From Thermoplasmata archaeon (GTDB lineage Archaea > Thermoplasmatota > Thermoplasmata > Thermoplasmatales > Thermoplasmataceae), in contig JAJZAW010000001.1 in assembly GCA_021799185.1 (NCBI GenBank), forward strand, positions 1 to 52,149: a stretch of 52,149 nucleotides of DNA, read 5' to 3'. Positions 47,954 to 52,149 of the stretch are shown here, piece after piece; the first letter of the stretch is position 1; the number at the start of each line of letters is the position of its first letter. The notes beneath the pieces were generated by a model. It saw nothing but the letters and a program-made list of their open reading frames with translations, did not search any database and was not told the DNA's origin. The translations under genes and the position numbers were made by a program.

Positions 47954-48490
47954 ATGAGAACGAAAAAGGGATTAACAGGAATAGCAGTAATTGCGGTAGT
48001 CATCATTTCGATTACCGCGGTCTCAATTTCACAGGCAGTAACACATCCAGCATATGTCTCCGTCATAAGACGGGGAAACCAGCAGGATTACCTGGTAAAA
48101 GGTACTCCATATGTTACTATGAATTTAACTATAAATAATATCAACATGACTCTTTACATGCAACTAATAACGCCTGGCGGCAATCTGCCCAGCGATACGC
48201 CATTTCTAATCGCAGTCAATGCATTTGTGGCCTCCAGTGGTAATACCTCAAATTCCATCATGATCAATGTCGCAGTGAATCACGCCTATATTAATCAAAC
48301 ATCTATTCCGACCGAGAACAATCACCATTCTGTTATAAACGGAACAATCTATCAAACTACTTACCATTCAGTGTCAGCAAATGAGTCAATCACCAATTTA
48401 ACTCAGTTTTCCGCTAAAGTTACGGTATCATTCTTTGATGGCTTTGGTCCATACTATTATTCTGTCAATACCATCAATCGGCTCATTTAA
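47954..48490 (+). CDS. Membrane-anchored or secreted N-x-S/T-rich protein with a pilin-like (class III-like) N-terminus
   Basis: The ATG at 47954 is preceded by GGTGG. The N-terminus MRTKKGLTGIAVIAVVIISITAV has a charged head, a KG, then a hydrophobic helix. Many sequons follow. Confidence 0.55.
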   Translation: MRTKKGLTGIAVIAVVIISITAVSISQAVTHPAYVSVIRRGNQQDYLVKGTPYVTMNLTINNINMTLYMQLITPGGNLPSDTPFLIAVNAFVASSGNTSNSIMINVAVNHAYINQTSIPTENNHHSVINGTIYQTTYHSVSANESITNLTQFSAKVTVSFFDGFGPYYYSVNTINRLI

Positions 48491-48644
48491 TCCTCGGGAT
48501 TCCTGAACTCATCTTTTTCATTTTTCGTTAACTTTTAAGGTAAAACTTAACGCCAGTTATATATCGATTTCCAGGTTTCCAAAGGTCAGTATATAAACCG
48601 CCATAGAAAAACCATTAAGTCTTGGCACAAACTTAACAGGCATT

Positions 48645-49211
48645 TTGAGGGCCATAGTCAGATCATCGGAAAAGTTTGAGGTCAGGATACTTAGACCATC
48701 GGAATGGGGGACTTTGAGGGATAACCTGGACATCAACACGAAAAGGATCTGCACTTCCCTTCTCGTAACGGGAATGAGGTATGCTGAATTGCAGAGATTC
48801 AGTGAAAATCCTGGCTGGCTGGATGGAAGGTTTGTATATCTCCCTCGAGGTTCCATGATGAAAGTCAAGGCAAAACAGAAGGAGAGGGCAATAAGGCTAA
48901 GCGATATTGGTAAAACTCTTATTTCTGATTTATTCCAGGCACCTCATCCATTGCCTGAACTTCCTGCATTTGACATGAAGCTGAGAAGATTATCGAAAAG
49001 GATCCTCGAGGGAACTCCAGTGAACAATAAGACATTCAGGAAGACCTGGGAATCCTGGCTGGTGTTTTACTATCCGGACAAGTCATTGCAGATTGCACTG
49101 AGCCAGGGCCACACCACAGTGACGCAATACGAGCATTATGTGAATATACCGTTTGATGATGAAGACAGGAAAGAGATGAAAAATTGGTTGGGGGGTGGAT
49201 CTAATCCATGA
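48645..49211 (+). pseudogene. Tyrosine recombinase (integrase) catalytic-domain fragment lacking the N-terminal domain and an ATG
   Basis: Box I (LLVTGMRYAEL), then FRKTWESW (the Arg of the HxxR box), then GHTTVTQYEHY (His and the nucleophile Tyr). The frame opens only 16 codons upstream (stop at 48594-48596) and has no ATG or GTG, only a TTG at 48645. Confidence 0.65.
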
Positions 49212-49710
49212 TGATATTATGAGGGCTTTTGAGACTTTCACATTTCACAGGAACTTGACCCTAGATCTTTTAAATTTCCTCAGGGAAGATCAGCTCTCCC
49301 TGGCACCAATAGCAGGTGCAGGTTCATTCGGAAAGCAATTCAGGCACATTCTTGATATGGAGAGATGCTACACAGATTCCATGGTTACAGGTAGCCTTGA
49401 CTTCTTCAGGACTGACATTAACCACACCCTTGAAAATGACAAATATGGCATGATCAAAGCTCTTTTGAATGAGGATAAAAGACTTAAATCAGTTCTTTCG
49501 AAAATTCCTGAAGATGAGCTTTATAGGCTCAATATTGACTGCTCAAATGTTGTGAAATATGTTGGGGAAAAGCACAGAAAAACAAGTCCAGAAATAGTTG
49601 TTTCCTGGATAATGGAGCATGAGCTGTTTCATGATGGCCAACTTGCTCTTTATATTAGATATTTAGGAATGAAATTCCCAGAGAGCTGGATGTTCTGGGG
49701 GTTGAGATGA
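49195..49710 (+). CDS. DinB-family (DinB_2-like) four-helix-bundle protein
   Basis: 171-aa product with His-containing motifs typical of the family (FRHILDMERCY, MEHELFHDGQLALY). It has a GTG start that overlaps the integrase fragment end. Confidence 0.7.
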   Translation: MDLIHDDIMRAFETFTFHRNLTLDLLNFLREDQLSLAPIAGAGSFGKQFRHILDMERCYTDSMVTGSLDFFRTDINHTLENDKYGMIKALLNEDKRLKSVLSKIPEDELYRLNIDCSNVVKYVGEKHRKTSPEIVVSWIMEHELFHDGQLALYIRYLGMKFPESWMFWGLR

Positions 49711-50054
49711 ACTTGAATCTTTGTCTCAAAAACTTGTCCCTTGAAACTTCTGCTTTTATTTATATACTCCCTACCCATAATTTTAGTGTCCGAAAGAGAG
49801 TTCTTTTTTGGATAGCCAGCCTGCTGATCTAAGGATTGTTTGTTGCATGGCACTTTATTATCAATCCTCTAAAGTGACTTGCTGCTATACTAACTAGTAC
49901 TTTTGAAACTTCCATCTATTATGTCTCAGGGCTGCTTGGGCATGAAGATCTGTCAAGCACTCAAATATATCTCCATCCATCCCAGACGCAGCAATACAGG
50001 AGGCCAAGAAGGTGAAATTTTTTCTAGGAGAAGAACCAGCGGGAATGAAACTAA

Positions 50055-50129
50055 TGCTCCGACCGGGATTTGAACCCGGGTCGTCGGCTCGAAAGGCCGA
50101 TATGCTTGGCCGGACTACACCATCGGAGC
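50055..50129 (-). tRNA. tRNA-Glu (anticodon UUC)
   Basis: The minus strand reads GCTCCGA TG GTGT AGTCCGGCCAA GCAT A TCGGC CTTTCGA GCCGA CGAC CCGGG TTCAAAT CCCGG TCGGAGC A. It has a perfect 7-bp acceptor stem, a 5-bp anticodon stem and a 5-bp T stem. The anticodon loop is CTTTCGA, with TTC at positions 34-36. CCA is not encoded. Confidence 0.9.
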
Positions 50130-50189
50130 AGAACAGTCCCTAAGTCTACATACTTATATGTATTTTTGTAGCGTAAACACCATTCCGGG

Positions 50190-51227
50190 TCATGATAACC
50201 TGTATCTTAGAATCGCGCAGTAACCACCAAAATTTGAAATTATCCGGCCAGGATCGGTGCCAGCCCCTATTATGTGTACTTTTGTGCCAAAATTTCTGGA
50301 AAGCTCCAGGAGCTTTCTGCCATCAGGAGTCCTGAATTTCTCCTCAGAAACCATCAGCGTGTCAACGGCACCAGCTTCAAGGGCACCCAGCACATCAGCA
50401 TATCCATAAGTTGCAAGACCATCCGTTCCGATATGTTTCAAAAAACCCTCAACCAGCCTTGAATCACCAGAAATCCTAAGGTCTCTGAATATGGCATCCG
50501 CCTCCGGCGTGTTTAGGAATTCCCAGACTGCCCCTGTATCTGATCGATTCGTAGGATAGGTTACTACCCTAAATCCGGATCCCCCATATGTTTTGAATGT
50601 GTTGACTATCTTTTCCCGTGTAAACCCGGGGCCAAGGACAATAATGGTGCTACCTTCTGGAAGCATCCTGCGGCATGATTCCACAATTTCTCTGTGAAAA
50701 TCGGCTTCAGAATAATTGTTCTCATAGGCCTTTCCTGTAAGGTGTGAATCTATCTTTCCCAGGTTCTGTATTCCGTAGGATTTCAGCATAAGAATCCATG
50801 CAGCTTCATCATCGGCCGCTATGAAATAGAATTTCTGTGAAAATTTGTTATCAAGTGCTTCCGACAGGAGTTCCCGCTGCTGTTCCATCCACTGCTGTTT
50901 ATTCAGGTCAAAGGTATCTCCTGGAGATATGTTGAATGACTGATGATCGCCAATAATGTCTTCTGGGCCTTCCCGGATTGTGCCGAGAACCTTGAGGTTT
51001 CCGGAGAAATCCTGAAATTCCACTGTTTCCGCCACTATGGCGGCGGTCACAGGCTTTCTTGGGGACTCCTTGGATCTGTTCATGTCCTGCTGCTTCTCCA
51101 CCCGCCTCATTGTGGTCATCCTGACCATATCCCCGGGATTAATGAGATTTTTAAGGTACCATAAATCATCATCAGAGTCAACATGGACTGTAATCCAGTT
51201 AGAATCCTTATTTTCGACAACCCTCAT
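50190..51227 (-). CDS. pelA: Pelota (Dom34 homolog), ribosome-rescue factor
   Basis: 345-aa product with the pelota N-terminus (V.VDSDDDLWYLKNLINPGD.V) and eRF1-like central and C-terminal domains. Its ATG overlaps the upstream stop (ATGA). Confidence 0.9.
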   Translation of the reverse strand: MRVVENKDSNWITVHVDSDDDLWYLKNLINPGDMVRMTTMRRVEKQQDMNRSKESPRKPVTAAIVAETVEFQDFSGNLKVLGTIREGPEDIIGDHQSFNISPGDTFDLNKQQWMEQQRELLSEALDNKFSQKFYFIAADDEAAWILMLKSYGIQNLGKIDSHLTGKAYENNYSEADFHREIVESCRRMLPEGSTIIVLGPGFTREKIVNTFKTYGGSGFRVVTYPTNRSDTGAVWEFLNTPEADAIFRDLRISGDSRLVEGFLKHIGTDGLATYGYADVLGALEAGAVDTLMVSEEKFRTPDGRKLLELSRNFGTKVHIIGAGTDPGRIISNFGGYCAILRYRLS

Positions 51228-51691
51228 TCTTCCCTCTCCCCCACTCCGTCAACTATGGCCTTGATCTCATTCCTAATGGAAGTGTAGTGTGAGCCTTCCC
51301 AGTAAACCTTTCCGCAATTGTCACAGACATACACCCTTTTCTGCATTTTCCTCACTCCAGGAGGCAGTTTCTCCATTATCTCCGGGTCGTCAGTAACTTT
51401 GAGGAGCCCGTTGCACAGGGGACATCTTGTAAAATAGAGGGTTTCATCTGGAACGAATCTTCTTATAAATTCATGGAGCTGATCCTCATACATGTCAGAT
51501 TTTATGTAAACAGAATTTCTGTATCTTATGGATAATTCTCTGTCTCTTGTTATCAGGATCAGATTCTCCCCTGAACATACCTCAATTATTGCGTCATCAG
51601 TCATGTCTGATGTTGCATAACCTACATCATACCCCATGAGGCGCAGCCATCTGCACATCTTTCCAAGCATACTGTCAGCGAAGAATCTCAT
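51224..51691 (-). CDS. Mut7-C (DUF82) PIN-like ribonuclease with C-terminal zinc ribbon
   Basis: MRFFADSMLGKMCRWLRLMGYDV is the typical Mut7-C N-terminus. The C-terminal zinc ribbon is RCPLCNG...CDNCGKVYWEGSHY. The start at Met 51691 lies 2 nt after the ubiX stop. Confidence 0.8.
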   Translation of the reverse strand: MRFFADSMLGKMCRWLRLMGYDVGYATSDMTDDAIIEVCSGENLILITRDRELSIRYRNSVYIKSDMYEDQLHEFIRRFVPDETLYFTRCPLCNGLLKVTDDPEIMEKLPPGVRKMQKRVYVCDNCGKVYWEGSHYTSIRNEIKAIVDGVGEREE

Positions 51692-51692
51692 T

Positions 51693-52149
51693 TCAGTAGT
51701 CTTTCCATCGCTCGGATAGGTCATTGTCAATACCCATCAGATCCAGAACGCGAGATACAACAAAATTAATCATGTCGTCGGCAGTTTTAGGCTTTGTGTA
51801 GTAGCCAGGCATAGCGGGTGCCACAATTACGCCGTTCGCTGAGACCTTAAGCATGTTCTCGATGTATATGGAACTGAGCGGCATCTCTCTTGGTACAATC
51901 ACCATTCTTCTCCTCTCCTTTATTGATACTGCGGCAATTCGAGTAATGAGGGTATCGGCCATACCGGCAGCTATTCTGGCAAGAGTGGTATTTGAACAGG
52001 GAATTATCACAAAGCTCCTGAATCTGAAGGATCCGGAACTTACTGGTGCAGCAAGATCTGAATCATCATAAACATGCTCAGCCAGATTGGAAAAGTCTTC
52101 AAGCGTCAGGCTGGTCTCTGCAGCCATGACCCGCTTTGCACCATCGGAG
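51693..52149 (-). CDS. ubiX: Flavin prenyltransferase UbiX, 5'-partial at the window edge
   Basis: UbiX blocks are present: SGSFRFRSFVIIPCSNTTLARIAAGMADTLITR, KERRRMVIVPREMPL and PAMPGYYTKP. The frame is open to the window end. Confidence 0.85.
   Translation of the reverse strand, partial: SDGAKRVMAAETSLTLEDFSNLAEHVYDDSDLAAPVSSGSFRFRSFVIIPCSNTTLARIAAGMADTLITRIAAVSIKERRRMVIVPREMPLSSIYIENMLKVSANGVIVAPAMPGYYTKPKTADDMINFVVSRVLDLMGIDNDLSERWKDY

Noticed and set aside
48560-50129. An SSV-type integration that splits the int gene at the att site.
   Set aside because: The integrase fragment starts about 1.4 kb from the tRNA. The sequence just upstream of it has no similarity to the tRNA-Glu sequence. 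No N-terminal int fragment was seen elsewhere in the window.

Overview
This is an archaeal chromosomal segment, most consistent with a Thermoplasmatales-type euryarchaeon. Supporting evidence: a close homolog of the Thermoplasma tricorn-interacting factor F1 proline iminopeptidase, Orc1/Cdc6, pelota, a family-B DNA polymerase, an archaeal-type tRNA-Glu, and TATA-like boxes about 25 nt upstream of several start codons, which suggests leaderless mRNAs.

Gene order, left to right:
- GH15 glycosidase, 5'-partial at the window edge.
- A tightly coupled cassette of two unrecognisable small ORFs plus a divergent PolB, overlapping tail-to-tail with an Orc1/Cdc6 paralog.
- B12/radical-SAM enzyme, sugar porter, proline iminopeptidase, AzlCD, hydrolase, CoA-transferase and two transporters.
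- A molybdenum/tungsten-cofactor block: MoeA, a MoeA-PBP fusion, a short ArsA-like ATPase and a MoaD/SAMP ending in GG, next to two aldehyde:ferredoxin oxidoreductase paralogs.
- Cytochrome bd oxidase.
- A bacterial-type narGHJI operon extended by a TehA/SLAC1-family channel and a hemerythrin, followed by DUF2249-cupin, AhpD-like and polytopic membrane proteins.
- A visibly AT-richer, gene-poor island (about 43.3-50.05 kb) abutting the 3' end of tRNA-Glu. It holds a start-less integrase fragment, a decayed IS256-family element with recognisable inverted repeats, and sequon-rich membrane-anchored proteins, one of them broken by an A9 tract.
- A ubiX / Mut7-C nuclease / pelota operon.

No CRISPR array and no rRNA were seen.

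The best candidates for something undescribed are:
1. The small-ORF/small-ORF/degenerate-PolB cassette paired with Orc1/Cdc6.
2. The nar operon in which a SLAC1/TehA-type channel takes the place of NarK and is followed by nitrosative-stress-type genes.
3. The Mut7-C nuclease translationally coupled to pelota.

All family assignments come from motif recognition by eye. No searches were run.
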